DNA of 64,000 nt from the human T2T-CHM13v2.0 reference genome, Homo sapiens (GCF_009914755.1 NC_060941.1), one strand, 5' to 3'; positions 1 to 19,846 are shown, counted from the stretch's first letter. The notes: generated by a model not told the origin, from the sequence alone. Numbers and translations: made by a program.

Positions 1-307
<307 letters not shown>

Positions 308-542
308 TAGAACTAACACAGTGATCCCACATACCCTTTTCCCCATTTCCCCCAATGGTAACATCTTGCAGAACTGTACTACAATGCCCCAGCAAGGATA
401 GCGAGGATACTGGCATAGGGATCGCCAAGACACCCAGGCTTTCCATCGCCACAAGGGTCTCGGTGTCACCTGTTTACAGCCACACCCACCAGCCCTCCAT
501 CCTCTCCTGAGCCCCGTGGTGGGATGGGCTGTTTTCTCTTAG

Positions 543-1004
<462 letters not shown>

Positions 1005-1208
1005 TGAGTGATATTCCAGGGTGTGGAGGTACCACAGTGTCTTTGACCATTCACCCACTAAAAGGCATCTGGGTTCTTTCTGCTTTCAGCTCTTATGAAC
1101 AGAGCTGCTGTGTACATTGATGTTCAGGATTTTGTGTGAACATAAATCTTTGCTCTGGGACAAATGCCTAGGAATGCAATTGCAGGGCTGTTTAGTAGTT
1201 ACAAGTTT

Positions 1209-1210
<2 letters not shown>

Positions 1211-1244
<34 letters not shown>

Positions 1245-1426
1245 AGATGAAGTCTCACTCCGTCACCCAGGCTGCAGTGCAGTGGCGCGATCTCCACTCA
1301 CTACAACCTTCGCCTCCCAAGTTCAAGTGATTCTCCTTTCTCAGCCTCCTGAGTAGCTGGGATTACAGGCATGCACCACCATGCCGTGCTAATTTTTGTA
1401 TTTTTAGTAGAGATGGGGTTTCTCCA
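1211..1426 (-). mobile_element. 5'-truncated Alu with long T tail inserted in L1
   Basis: Long T run, right arm and part of left arm; GTTTAATTTTT on both sides is a probable TSD. Confidence 0.9.
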
Positions 1427-1990
1427 ATATGTTTAATTTTTAAAGAAACTGCCAAACTATCTTCTGGAGAGGTTGTGTCATTTTACATTCCCACCAGTAC
1501 ACAAGTAATTCGGTTTCTCCACATCCTTGCCAACATTTGGTTTCATGACTATTTTTTACTTTAACCATCCTGATAGGCGTGTGCTGGTATCTCACTGTGT
1601 TTTTTAGTTTGCATTTTCCTGACCACTGATGATGTTGAACATCTTTTCACGTGCTTATTTGCCATCTGTATAACCTCTCTAGTGAAATGTCTGTTCATGT
1701 CTTTAGCTCACTTTCCAATTGAATTGTTTGTTTTTTCACCTTTGAGCTTTAAGCATTCTTTACATATTTTAGATACTAGCCCTTGGTTTGATATCTGTGG
1801 TTTACAGAAATCTTCTTCCAGTCTGTACTTTGTCTTTTCATACCTAAACAGGGTTTTGTTATTTGTAGCTTCATGCTTTTGAATGACTTCCAACTTACAA
1901 AAAAGTGGTTAGAATTGTACAAAGAGCTGCTAGATCCCAGTCACCCAGAATCGCCAAGCGTTCATATTTTACCACCTTTTTAAATTCTCT

Positions 1991-2305
1991 GTTTTTGTTT
2001 TTTTGCTTGTTTGTTTTGTTTTTTTTTTTACGGAGTCTTGCTCTGTGGCCCAGGCTGGAGTGCAGTGGCGCGATCTCGGCTCACTGCAACCTCTGCCTCC
2101 TGGTTCAAGCGATTCTCCTGCCTCAGCCTTCTGAGTAGCTGGGACTACAGGCGCCGTCACCACCCCCGGCTAATTTTTTGTATTTTTAGTAGAGACAGGG
2201 TTTCACCATATTAGCCAGGCTGGTCTCTAACTCCTGACCTTGTAATCTGCCCACCTCTGCCTCCCAAAGTGCTGGGATTACAGGCGTGAGCCACCGTGCC
2301 AGGCC
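1991..2305 (-). mobile_element. Alu SINE (AluS)
   Basis: Antisense Alu with (GTTT)-type tail. Confidence 0.95.
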
Positions 2306-2308
2306 CAC

Positions 2309-2606
<298 letters not shown>

Positions 2607-2703
2607 ATGCCAAATGGAAGTTTTCTAATTCCATTATTCCTTCTGCTGCACCCCCCATTTATGTATAAATTTTTCTAGGTTTCGCCAGAGGGAAGCCCCT
2701 TGA

Positions 2704-3722
<1,019 letters not shown>

Positions 3723-3724
3723 TG

Positions 3725-3945
3725 TTTCCTTGGGTGCTTCCTGACTTTCTGGCACAACAGGATATCCCAGGCTCATCTCAAACATTCCCTGCCCCAGCCC
3801 TGGATGTAGCCTTCTCTCCAAAGAACCCCTGTTCCTGTTAGTGGGAAACGGAATTTAGATCTGGGCAGGGCACCGGGTGTGCACATGACTACTGAGACTT
3901 CATTGTTTCTGGGTCCTTCTGACAGGCAGAGCTAGGAACTGTGCA
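3725..3945 (-). mobile_element. L1MC4-like 3' end fragment
   Basis: CTTTCTGGCACAACAGGATATCCCAGGCTCATCT...CCCTGCCCCAGCCCTGG resembles recalled L1MC4 3' UTR. Confidence 0.5.
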
Positions 3946-4008
3946 CACACACACAAACACACACGCCTCTACCTCGCTATATCCATCTACTATATGAAAA
4001 AGCATGAA

Positions 4009-4161
4009 GCCGGGCATGGTGGCTCATGCTTGTAGTCCAAGCCACTCAGGAGGCTGAGGAGGGAGGATCAGTTGAGCCCAGGAGTTGGAGGTTACAGTGA
4101 GCCTTGATCCTGCCACTGCACCCCAGCATGGGCAACAAGAGTGAGACCCTTAAAAAAAAAA
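4009..4161 (+). mobile_element. Alu monomer (FRAM / AluJ right arm)
   Basis: Single arm with GAGGATCAGTTGAGCCCAGGAG and A tail. Confidence 0.85.
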
Positions 4162-4173
4162 GAGAGAGAGAGA

Positions 4174-4473
4174 GACTGGGTGCAGTGGCTCATAACTGTA
4201 ATCCCAGCACTTTGGGAGGACGAGGCAGGCAGATCACAAGGTCAGGAGTTTGAGACCAGCCCTGGCCAACGTGGTGAAACCCCGCCTCTACTAAAAATCC
4301 AAAAATTAGCTGGGCGTGGTGGCGCATGCCTGTAATCCCAGCTACTCAGGAGACTGAGGCAGGAGAACCTCTTGAATCGGGAGGCGGAGGTTGCAGTGAG
4401 CTGAGATCACGCCATTGCACTATAGCCTGAGTGACACAGTAAGACTCCGTCTCAAAAAAAAAAGAAAAAGAAA
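4174..4473 (+). mobile_element. Alu SINE (AluS)
   Basis: Full dimer with A-rich tail. Confidence 0.95.
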
Positions 4474-4779
4474 AGCCACACGCATTCGCACCAATACTGT
4501 AACTGTAGTCCAGCACCAGAGAGCTGACTCCAGCCTCCTCCTTTCCATGTCTGGTTAGGACCCTCATCCCCACTGACCAACACAGCCAGGCGCCTCCTTC
4601 TTTGTGACCCCCCTCGCCCATGGGAAGAAGCGGCTCCACCTCCCCAGGATGCCTCCTCCCTGCTCCCCTGATCGCATGCCTTGCTCCCCGACCTCCTATC
4701 TCTCCTCCCACCATGCAAGGTGCTAGCTGGTTCCTTGGCTCCTACTAAAGGGAAGGGAAGGGAAAACGGGAGGGGGTCG

Positions 4780-5550
4780 TATGCATGTCCTGCGGCTGCC
4801 GTACCAAACCACCACAAACTGAGGGCTTCAAACAACAGAAATTTGGCCGGACGAGGTGGCTCACGCCTATAATCCCAGCACTTTGGGAGGCCGAGTCGGG
4901 TGGATTACCTGAGGTCAAGAGTTCGTGACCAGCCTGACCAACATGGAGAAACCCCATCTCTACTAGACATACAAAAAATGAGCTGCGCGTGGTGGCGTAT
5001 GCCTGTAATCCCAGCTGCTCAGGAGGCTGAAGCAGGAGAATCACTTGAACCTGGGAAGGAGGTTGTGGTGAGCTGAGATTGCGCCATTGCACTCCAGCCT
5101 GGGTGACAGAGCGAGACTCCGTCTCCAAAAACCCAAAAAAACCACAACAGAAATTCATTTTCTTGTGGCTCTAGAGGCCTGAAGCCTGAGGCCAAGATGT
5201 CGGCAGGGCTGGTTCTGTCTGAGGCTCTGCAGGAGAACCTGGCCCAGGCCTCTCCCCCAGCTCCTGGTGGCTCCCAGCGACCCTTGTGGACGCCACTCCC
5301 ATCTCTGACTCCATCTTCACGCAGCCTTCTCTCCCCTCCAAGTGTCCCTGTGTGAAAATGTCCCTCTATAAGGATGAGAGTCACTGGATCAGGGCCTTGG
5401 TAATAAAACGAAATTCTCTTCCAGTTCAGCTGCCAACACAGCCGCAGGCAGGTTCTCTCATCTTCACTCGGTCACATCTGCAAAGACCCTGTTTCCAAAT
5501 AAGGCCGCAGTCTCAGGCGCTGGGGATCAGGACTTCAGTGTACCTCTTGG
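4780..5550 (-). mobile_element. MLT1 (MaLR) LTR interrupted by an Alu
   Basis: CCACCACAAACTGAGGGCTTCAAACAACAGAAATT...AAGATGTCGGCAGGGCTGG...CACATCTGCAAAGACCCTGTTTCCAAATAAGG. Confidence 0.8.
4845..5141 (+). mobile_element. Alu SINE (AluSp-like) with TSD ACAACAGAAATT
   Basis: Full dimer; ACAACAGAAATT present on both flanks. Confidence 0.95.
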
Positions 5551-6207
5551 GGGGACCCAGGGCCGGTCCACAGCGGGTGGAACCGCATCTGTAACAGGCC
5601 CAAGGTGCTTCCTCCTGCACCATCAATCCCAGACACCTGGGTGTGGTGTCTGAGTTCAACAGCCAGGGAGGGGCCTGGACCTGCACGGGGGCAGCCAGGA
5701 CAGGGGCTGTGTTGGGGACAGGAGGGGCTGCTGGCAGCGCCACAGACACAGGACAGGGCAGGGGTGCAGGAGCCCTGCCCAGGGATGATACCCCCTCACC
5801 TCGTGACAGCTAGGGGACACTGGCTTGGGGACCCTTTCACGACACCACCAGCCTCCAGCCTCAGCCCCAAGAGAGGCTCCTGTCTTGCTTCTTCTGACCT
5901 CAGCACCGCAGTGGCCTGAGGTCTCGGGTCCAACAGGCTGGGAAGGCCAGAGCGGCTCTTCCTGGGCTGCCCAGGAGGTCTGCGAGGGGGCTTCCCCCAG
6001 TCCCAGCGCTGCCCGCAGTGTGAGCTGAGTAACCCTGAGTGAGAGCCAAGAGCTCCCAGGCTCAGTTCCTTCATATCCAGTGAAGGGGTTGACCAGAGGC
6101 CCCCACCTGAACGGGCACCTGCAGGCGCCCCTGCCTGGAGGCCGCCGTCCCAGCTCTGCCGCAGCGTGGGGCCATTTAGAAACCTGTGCTGGGCTTACAA
6201 CTTAAAG

Positions 6208-6546
6208 CAGCGGTCCCCAACCTGTTTGGCACCCAGGATGGGTTTCGTGAAAGGCAATCTTTCCATGGGCAGTGAGGGTGGTGGTGGTTTCGGGATGAAA
6301 CTGTTTCACCTCAGATCATCAGGCATTAGAGTCTCATAAGAAGGGTGCAGCCCAGATCCCTCACACACGCAGTTCACAATAGGGTTCTCAGGTTCCGCGC
6401 CTATGAGAATCCAACGCCACCGCTGATCTGACGGGAGGCGGAGCTCAGGCGGGGACGCTTACTCACCCGCAGCTCACTTGCTGACGTGCAGTCCGGTTCC
6501 TAACAGGACACCAACAGGTCCGTGGCCCAGGGGTTGGGGACCCCTG
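6208..6546 (+). mobile_element. MER1B (hAT-Charlie) non-autonomous DNA transposon
   Basis: Terminal inverted repeats CAGCGGTCCCCAACC / GGTTGGGGACCCCTG, 339 bp, exact 8-bp TSD ACTTAAAG (6200-6207, 6547-6554). Confidence 0.92.
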
Positions 6547-7809
6547 ACTTAAAGGACACTCCCCGGCCCGATAAGCACCATCGCTGAGCACAGGCTGGCA
6601 CGGAGGCCAGGGAGGGCTGCCCCCTGGGTGTTGCTAAGCACGCCGCCCCAGGAGGGAACCGGCTCTGGAAGCTGCTCTCACAGCAGGGTCAGCTGGGATG
6701 CTGTCGGGTTTTAGCAGGACTGGGTCAAAGCTGGCGTCTGGAACTCAGAAGGGAAATCAGACATTGCCGGGCCAATCATGGAAGCGGCCTCTCCCCAGAA
6801 AGCTGGGGAAATTGAGGCCCAGAGAGATGTGTGGAGTCACTGGTGGGACGTGACCACCTGCCTGTGTCTGCTCCAGACCAGCCCCCGTCTCTGCCCCGGG
6901 CATGGTTCTGTTTGGGGCCAGAAAGACACGGGCCTGGAGCTCAGGGGAAAGGCTGGAAAGGGCCCTGGTCCTCCCAGCAGAGTGGACGCTTATCTCCACC
7001 GGAGCGCACAGAGGCTGGACGCACACCGCCCTCTGTGCTCACGGGTTCATTTGTTTGATGAATTTGTCATAACTTGAAAGGCTCTGGTTTATATGCTAAC
7101 TTCCTGTTCCAGTTCAGTGCCAACATAACCACAGGCAGGTTAATTGCGTGTCCATCAACACGCCTGGGGAGCGAGCCAAGCCCTCCCTCCCGCCTTCATG
7201 GCCACAGAGTCCTGCTGCCAGAGCGCTCCAACCCGTGGGCAGGGGCTGTGGTGAGTGCCAGCCCCACAGGAAACCCCGTGTGCCAGGTGCCACAGCCAGG
7301 CCTGCCCTGGGCTGCAGGCCCCCCGTTCTTCAGTCCTTCCTGTGAAGTCGTCCAGCTGGGGGTGGGAAGGGAGGTGCCTGTGACTGCTGGAGAGACTCAT
7401 CCAGCCACCCTCAACCAATAAAATGCTCTTCACCCAGCAATTCTACTTCCAGGGATCTCTCCCACCACCGAGTCCCACCAGGGTGCCACGATGTAGAGGC
7501 AGGACATTTGTGGGAAGGTGCCGGCGGCTCCTGGGGCTGGACACAGGCTAAATGCCTGGGAGGGGGCGGCTGGGTAAGGGAGAGGTGAGCCGAGGCCATG
7601 CAGCCTGGTAGCCATCGAGAAGAAGGAGATTATGTGGACAAGTGGTTAAAGACTTTCTAGGTGCTGCTCCGGGACAAAGGTGAGGTGCCACCCCCATGCT
7701 GTGTGTGGGACTTTGCTAAAACCAGATGGGAGGGGAATGGTGCCTGGAGGGTCCCTGCACTGTATAACCTTCTATGCCTTTGAGGTGTAAAAGCAGTGTT
7801 GTTTTACCT

Positions 7810-8160
7810 TCCTAAACTGCTGTCACAAATTTCTACAAAGTTGTTCATGTAAAACAACAAAATTCCATTCTCTCACAGGCCTGGAGGCCGCAAGTCCAGA
7901 ATCAAGGTGCCTGAGGGCCGTGTTCCCTCTGGAGGCGCCCGGGGAGGCGGGGTTGGGGGAATCCTTCCTGGTCTCTTCCAGCTTCTGGGGGCCACAGGTG
8001 CTCCTGGACTTGCAGCCCCGCATGGCTCCAGCCTCTGCCTCCACCTCCACGCGCCTTCTCCGCTCTGGGTCTCAGTCATCCTCTGGCTTTCCCTTTCTCC
8101 GATGCCTAAGTGTCATCGGATTTAGGGCCCAGCCTAAGTTCAGGATGACCTCATCTGGAA
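7810..8160 (-). mobile_element. MLT1 (MaLR) LTR fragment
   Basis: ATTCTCTCACAGGCCTGGAGGCCGCAAGTCCAGAATCAAGGTG...GGATTTAGGGCCCA...GGATGACCTCATCT. Confidence 0.75.
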
Positions 8161-8417
8161 ATTAGATGTCAATCAGAAGCTGGAGGTTCATGGGGCCCCC
8201 ACTCTATGAATGCAGGGTCTATGTCCCGGAAGGAGGTGACAGTCCAAGCAGGACCTGGACGTCTGGACACCTGGGAACCCAGGCGTCTGAACACTTGGAG
8301 CCTGGACATCTGGACGCTAGGACACCTAGACACCCCCACAATGCCCCTTTCCCCAAGCCCAGGCTTCGCCAACTGGCCTCGAGTCCAGGGCCCACAACGA
8401 GGAGCGGGTGGTGGTAA

Positions 8418-9058
<641 letters not shown>

Positions 9059-9061
9059 TCC

Positions 9062-9423
<362 letters not shown>

Positions 9424-10222
9424 TGAGCAGCATTGGGAGAACCAGGTGGCCGCTGTCCAGGCTCTGCGCTCCCGGCCCTGCTGGGTCTGCTCTGGAGTTC
9501 AGGGCTCGTGATGGTGTCCCAGTGTGTAGGTCTGCAGAACGAGGTGGTGCAGGAAGGGTGGGCCCTGGGTCCCACCGACCAAGGCTCTGGGACTTCCTTC
9601 TCCATGTTGGACGCAGGCTCAGGCTGGAGCTCTGTGATGCACCGGTGCCCTGCTGGGGGTGGACAGGGAGCACAGAGCCCCAAGGTCCAGGGGCAGCTCT
9701 GCTCTCTGTGCCCAGTGGGCCCATGGCAGCCTTAGCGGGGAGGCAGGGTACAGAGGGGTGGCAGAGGACCCTCGCCAGAGCCCAGGGTCCCTCGCGCCCC
9801 CAGGCCTTCTCTGGGGAGACCAGGAGGCTTGGAGGTCCTGGGGCAGCTGTGAGCCCTTTCTGGGCTGGCTCTTCACATGCACAGCCTTGCTCTGGAGCTT
9901 CCCGGCCATGATCTGCCTTCACAGAAACCCTGGGGGGCCGGATGAGAAGGCTCCAGAGAAACGGGCCGTCGAGGAGCTCGCATCCAGATGGGGGTCCCTC
10001 GGCCGACTTGGCGAGGACACACAAAACACAAGAGAAATGCCCAGAGGGTGTGTCTTGTGGTCCCCAGCATGGGCCTGGTGGACCTCAGTGAGCCCTTCTT
10101 TGACCCTGGCGTGGTGGCCGCCAGTGCCTCCTCATGGCTGGCCCTGCTCCCGGTCACTGCTGGGCACCGATGACCCCCTCATTCTCCCAGGCACCCCCTG
10201 AGAGAGACTCATGTGAGTCCAA

Positions 10223-10528
10223 TTTTCTTCTTTCTTTGTTTTTTTGAGATAGGGTCTCACTCTGTTGTCCAGGCTGGACTGCTATGGTGAGATCAGCGTT
10301 TAATGCTGCCTCAACCTCCTGGGCTCAAGCGGTCCTCCCGCCTCAGCCTCTGGAATAGCTGGAACTACAGGTACGTGCCACCACACTCAGATAATTTTTT
10401 GTTTTTATTTTGTAGAGATGGGGGCATTACATTGCCCAAGCTGGTCTTGAACTTCTAAGCTCAAGCAATCCTCCTGCCTCGGTCTCTCAAAATGCTGGGA
10501 TTACAGGCATGTGCCACCGTGCCCGGCT
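10223..10528 (-). mobile_element. Alu SINE (AluJ-like)
   Basis: Diverged antisense Alu with GGGCTCAAGCGGTCCTCC. Confidence 0.9.
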
Positions 10529-10541
10529 TAGTCTGATTTTC

Positions 10542-10827
10542 TTTTTTTTTTTGAGACAGTCTCACTCTGTCGCCCAGGCTGGAGTGCAATGGCGATCTCA
10601 GCTCACCACAACTTCCACCACCCAGGTTCAGGTGATTCTTCTGCCTCAGCCTCCTGAGTAGCTGGGACTACAGGCACCTGCCACCACGCCTGGCTAATTT
10701 TTGTATTTTTAGTAGAGACAGGGTTTCACCATCTTGGCCAGGCTGGTCTTGAACTCCTGACCTCATGATCTGCCTGCTTTGGCCTCCACAGTGCTGGGAT
10801 AACAGGCGTGAGCCACCCCTCCTGGCC
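10542..10827 (-). mobile_element. Alu SINE with exact 12-bp TSD AGTCTGATTTTC
   Basis: TSD at 10530-10541 and 10829-10840. Confidence 0.95.
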
Positions 10828-11005
10828 AAGTCTGATTTTCAAATGAGGCTCAGCAGGGCCGGGAGCTACCTGGTCACCCAAGGGCACAGGCAGATCTGGG
10901 AGAAGGTGGTTTCCTGTGGGGTCCCGGGACCTGTTGCAGACAGAGCCTCTAGCCCTGCTCCTGGGGAGCCTCGCTCTAGATACCTGGGGAAGTCGCTGAG
11001 CCTCA

Positions 11006-11469
<464 letters not shown>

Positions 11470-11856
11470 TCAGGGTGCCCGGGAACCTACTGGAGCCAGG
11501 GACAGACACATCTGGATGGAAACTGCAGTGCCCTATGGGGTCAGGCACATGCTAGAGGCAGCCAGGTCCTAGGGGAAGAGGAAGGAGAGGTGGTGCTGGC
11601 CTAGGGGGCAGGGGTGCGGGGGACAGGGCTAAGCCAGCCATCTCTGCCAGAAGCAGGCAGCCCTTCCTGAAATGGACTTTGAGAGTTTGTGATATCATAA
11701 TTGACGTCGCTGCCTGCCAGAGTCAGGAACCGGCCCAGAGTGTCATCCATCCCCTTCACTCCAGCCTGACTCAGAAGGTGGAATTGTGCCCCCCAAATAT
11801 GTCCAAGTCCTGGTGCCCTCATACCTGTGAATGTGACCTTATCTAGAAATAGGGTC

Positions 11857-12171
<315 letters not shown>

Positions 12172-12274
12172 GAAATATGGTCTTTGCAGCTATAATCAAG
12201 CTAAGATGAAGTCAGACTGGAGTAGAGTGGGCCCTAATCCAGTGCCTGGTGTCCTTCTAAGAGTGAGACACTGA

Positions 12275-12670
<396 letters not shown>

Positions 12671-14335
12671 AAATTTTAGGAGCCTGAAGTTATGGGGCGT
12701 GTATACAGTGAGGGACCGCACCGCCCGCCGGCAGCTTTCATCTGTCAACTCCTAGTGAGAAGAACACTCACCCACCAAAAAAAGGAAAAATTGAAAATGG
12801 TGCTGATTTCGAGGGTAAGTGCTAGCTTGCTTGCAGGGCATTTGAATATATGAAGTCAAATGGACAAATTCAAACCTGGGTCTTGTTACCAGGCAAGTTA
12901 CTGAAATACTTCATTCAGTTTCGCACCTGACAATATACAATTTTAGAAAGAATATGTATACAAAAAAAGAGTGAGGCAGAGATTGGAGACCACCTGAAGC
13001 TGGGACAGAGGCCTCGACAGGCCTCCCCGCAGAGCCTCCAGAAGGATCCACACCACCGCACGTCGGTGGCCAGCTTCTGGCCTCTCAATCCATAAGAAAA
13101 GAGCTTCCTGCCATTGAAGCGCCCAGTCTGTGGCCATCTGTTGCACAGTCAAGGACACCAAGGCCCAGACCCAGCTATGTGTGTGTCCTGGGGAGGCACA
13201 GGGTGAGGGGGACTCTCTGCTCCCAGGGTCGGTGCTTGGGGGGGGTCTCCCAGGAGCGGGATGGGGCAGGGCTCCTCCAGTGCAGGCTGGGAGGCCTCAG
13301 GGGATCCACCCGCCAGGAATGCCCATGGGCCCAGAAGGCACAGGGTGGGGGTTCCCTAAACTCTCTGGAGGCTGGGGCTGGGGGAACAGGCTGTTCCAGC
13401 AAGGGGCCCTGAGGCTGTGGCCACACACGGGCTGGGAGGGATCCGGCCTGTGCCTGGGCACTTAGCCTGAGTGTGGGGGGGACCAGGGCCTGTGCAGGTC
13501 ACGTGGCCTCCACGGTGTCAGCTCCAAGGGACACTGCTCGGCCTCCTCTTAGTCAACCCAGGGACGACTCCTTCCTGGTGGGACCTCCCTTCTTGAGGCT
13601 TCCAGGAGGCACTCCTGTGTCTCTGGTCTCCGCTTCCCGGCCCCTCCTCCCTCCTGAAGCTCCATCCTGTCCCCAGCGTCCCTGAGATGACCTCACCCAC
13701 GCCAGTTTCCCATTCCATGCTCTGCGGCAGGCTCCGGAGTCCACATCTCCAAGCCGAGTAGGCGTCCCTCACATGCTCCTGCTCGAACCGGCCGCCTGAC
13801 CTCCTTGAGCCCAGCAGATGGCCACGCAGAGCCCTGAGTTGCAGTGGAACCTGCTGGCCCTCTGGCACCCATCTCATTGAGGGGCCCCCCCACCCCAGGA
13901 GTACAGGCCTGTGGCTGTGTTCCTATGTGGCTTTGCTCCCCACACCCACAAGAACACGCACAACAGATCCTGGGCGTCTTCAAAATTCAGGCAATGTCCA
14001 GCTCGGGCCTTCCCAGCCACTCGGCTCCCTCCCCAACCCAGCACCTCCTCCCTGGCCCTGCATCCCCTCCACTTGGACCTCCTCTGGTTCCCTCCCTGCA
14101 AGCAGCCCAGGCTCCAAGCCCTCCACGGGCCCCCCAAGGCACAGTCCCAGAGCCAAAGTCTTCCCCTCGGCCTTCCAGGACCTCTGGAATCCAGCCACTG
14201 GCTCGAACCCTCTGACCCCATCTCTCCTCCCCTCCCCATTTCCTGCCCCCACTGAAGGCCCAGTGGCCTCCTTTCCTTCCTGGAAGCCCCAGGGCCTTTG
14301 TACCTGACAGTCTCCCAGTCAGAAATGCCCCCCAG

Positions 14336-14698
<363 letters not shown>

Positions 14699-15336
14699 TC
14701 ACCTTGGCTGCCCCGTTGAACACTGCAGCCCCTCGAGCCGCTATGCGCACCCTCAACAACGCAGGCGCCAGCGCTTGGCGTGTCCCAGCTCCTGTGCACC
14801 CATGCTGGCCCTGTGTGCCCATGTGGTGACTGAACCAGGCGGCCAGCTGACCCATGGGGTGCCCCTTCCCTGAGAGCTGCTTCCTTCCTCATCCACAGGG
14901 TACTTGGAGACTGGCCCCGGGCTGGGCCCCTGTCTGGAGCGCCGAGGCCTGCCTGTCGGCCTGGGATGACTGCAGAGGCTGCTGTCAAGGAAGCTGTGCT
15001 CCATGGTCAGGACAAGCAAGCCGACCTAGGGGCCCAAGAGACCAAGATGAGCTCTCCAGGCCCCACAGCCCGGCCCTGAGCCTCCTCTGCTGAAGCCAGC
15101 CCGTGCGCTGACAGCGGTATGGGGCCTGCATGATTGGCGCAGGAATAAGCAAAGAGACCCTGGACCCAAGGGCGGGTCCAGAAAGCGGCCCCTTCCCCAC
15201 GCCGATTTATAACAAAGGCCCCTGCAGAGCAGGGGGAAGAGGTGGCCTTTCCCTGCCACGTGTCCAGTATCAGTTGGACACTGACAGAAAAAAGTGACCC
15301 CATCCCCACAATTAATTTAAAATGAGTCACAGAGCA

Positions 15337-16034
<698 letters not shown>

Positions 16035-16427
16035 TCAGCAAAGATTTCTAACATAGAACACAAAGGGACTCGACATAAAAGACTGGGCTTCCTTAAAATC
16101 AACAACTTTGAGACACCATCAAGAGAGTCAAAAGGTAAGTTGCAGACAAATGTACCGTTCGCCTCGGTGTGTCTTAATAGATTCTACACCAAGGCCTTCT
16201 GCCCAGAATATATCAAGAACTCCTACAAATTGATAAGAAAAAGATAAACAAACCAATTTTTAAAATGGGCAATACACTTGAACAAGTACTTCACAGACCT
16301 GAAGTGCATTGAAAGGGCTAAATGCAGTGAAAAACTGGTCAGCCTCATTAGTCACCAGCGAAATAAGCATTTAAACCATAATGAGATGCCACTTCATGCC
16401 TTCACAAAGGCTAAAACTACAGAATGA

Positions 16428-16737
16428 CTTTTCTTTATTTATTTTTTCTTTTTTTGGAGACAGAGTCTCATTCTGTTGCCCAGGCTGGAGTGCAGTGGCG
16501 CGATCTCGGCTCGCTGCAAACTCTGCCTCCTGGGTTCAAACGATTCTCCTGCCTCAGCCCCCAAGTAGCTGGAATTACAGGCACGCACCACCACGCCTGG
16601 CTAATTTTTGCATTTTTAATAGAGACGGGGTTTAACCATGTTGGCCAGGCTGGTCTTGAACTCTTGATCTCAGGTAATCCACCCACTATGGCCTCCCAAA
16701 GTGCTGGGGTTACAGGTTTGAGCCTCTGTGCCCGGCC
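16428..16737 (-). mobile_element. Alu SINE (AluS)
   Basis: Antisense full dimer. Confidence 0.95.
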
Positions 16738-16911
16738 CGGCCAAAGACTGCCTATTCTAAACGTTGCTGAGGACGTGGAACAATCACAGCTCTCCTCTCT
16801 TTCCAGTGGGAGTTTAACATGGCACAACCGCCTGAAAACCGTTTGGTGATTTCTGTGAATTCCTATGCCTTCTCTATGACCCAGCAATTCCACTCCTGGA
16901 TGGAGTTAACC

Positions 16912-17334
16912 TGTGATGGTTAATTTTCTGTGTCAACTTGTCTGGGGCACGGGGTGCCCAGATATTTGGTCAGCATAATTTGGGCTATTTCTTTGAGGGT
17001 GTTTCTGCATGAGATGACCCGGTGCTCTGAGTGACGCTGACTGCCCTCCCCAGTGTGGTCTGGCCCCATGCACTCAGCTGAGGAAATACTAGGATAGAAT
17101 AAGAAGTCCCAGGAGTCAGAGGGCCAGCTCTCCCAGGGTCTCAAGCCTGCCAGCTTTCAGCCTGGAGTGGTGGTATCACCCTCAGGGGTCTCCAGGGTGC
17201 CAACCGTGGCTCTCGGGACTTGTCAGCCTCCATCATCACAGGAGCAGATTCCTTCTCATCGATCTTTTTCTCCAGATACAGAGATGGGTGTGTCCCCTGC
17301 TGGCTCTGGTTCTTTGGAGACCCCGGCTAACACA
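16912..17334 (+). mobile_element. MLT2 (ERVL) LTR
   Basis: Starts TGTGATGGTTAATTTTCTGTGTCAACTTG, contains GGGTGCCCAGATATTTGGTC, ends CTAACACA. Confidence 0.85.
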
Positions 17335-17414
17335 CACCTGAGACGGAGAAGGGCTTCTGTGACCAAGGGACACAAACAGGAACCTGCCGAGCAGAGTTCC
17401 TCATCACAGCCCTT

Positions 17415-18075
<661 letters not shown>

Positions 18076-18084
18076 CACCATTCA

Positions 18085-18240
18085 ACAAGCCCCAAACCAG
18101 AAATAACCCAAATGTCCATCAGTGGGAGGCTGGGTCAGCGTGCGTGGTTTATTCCTACAACGGAATATAATTCAGCAACAAAGAGGAGCCACTGATGCAC
18201 GTGGCAACTCGGATGAATCTCCCAGGCATGACGCCGAACT
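18085..18240 (+). mobile_element. L1M 3' fragment
   Basis: CCCAAATGTCCATCAGTGG...GGAATATAATTCAGCAACAAAGAGGAG...GGATGAATCTC. Confidence 0.7.
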
Positions 18241-18378
18241 CAAGCAGCAAGATAGGACCAAGGCCTGAGGAAGGCGAAGCTGCCAGGTGGGCCTCAGCAG
18301 CGGACCCTGGTCAGGGCTTGGAGTGCCGGTTGAAGACCCAAGGGCTGCACGAGAATCTCATGGGTGAGAACGCGTTGA

Positions 18379-18679
<301 letters not shown>

Positions 18680-18780
18680 GTAAGTGGCTGATGGGAGCAT
18701 TTTACCGCCTGGATGTTGTACCTTGACTGAAAAGGGAACCCCAACCAAGCCCTGAAGCTGGGGCGGGTGCAATTTGAGTT

Positions 18781-18895
18781 TGGGGAGGGTGGGAGCAGGT
18801 GCTGGTGGGGCTGGGGGAGTTGGGGGGGCTGGGGGAGTCGGGGGATCTGGGAGAGTCGGTGGGGCTGGGGGATTCCGGGGGCGCTGGGGGAGTCA
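18781..18895 (+). repeat. G-rich degenerate tandem repeat (GGGGCTGGGGGAGT-like)
   Basis: More than ten runs of 3-7 G. Confidence 0.8.
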
Positions 18896-19223
18896 GGCAC
18901 TCACTCCACATCTCTAAGCATCAGTTTCTCCATCTGTCAAATGGGCGAGTGAGCCCCGCCTCAGATACCGCAGAGAGTGCCAAGCCAGGCAACTTCTGGG
19001 GGGCTTAACGAGCGTTCGTCTTAGTCCATCTGCCCCGTGGGCAGAGCCCACTCCACAGGGAGGGAGCCAGGCTGGCCTCGTGGCAGGAGGCTGGAAGCAG
19101 CACTTGCAGGTGTGTGCATGAGCAGGCCAGTGTGTGCTGACGCACGTGTGTGTTCACATGAGCACATGCATAAATATCTCAGGTGAAATTAACATCGGGA
19201 AGAGTCCACCAGAAATGAAATAA

Positions 19224-19846
<623 letters not shown>

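Noticed and set aside
8240-8335. Degenerate CTGGACAC-like short repeats
   Set aside because: Too short and diverged to support a function
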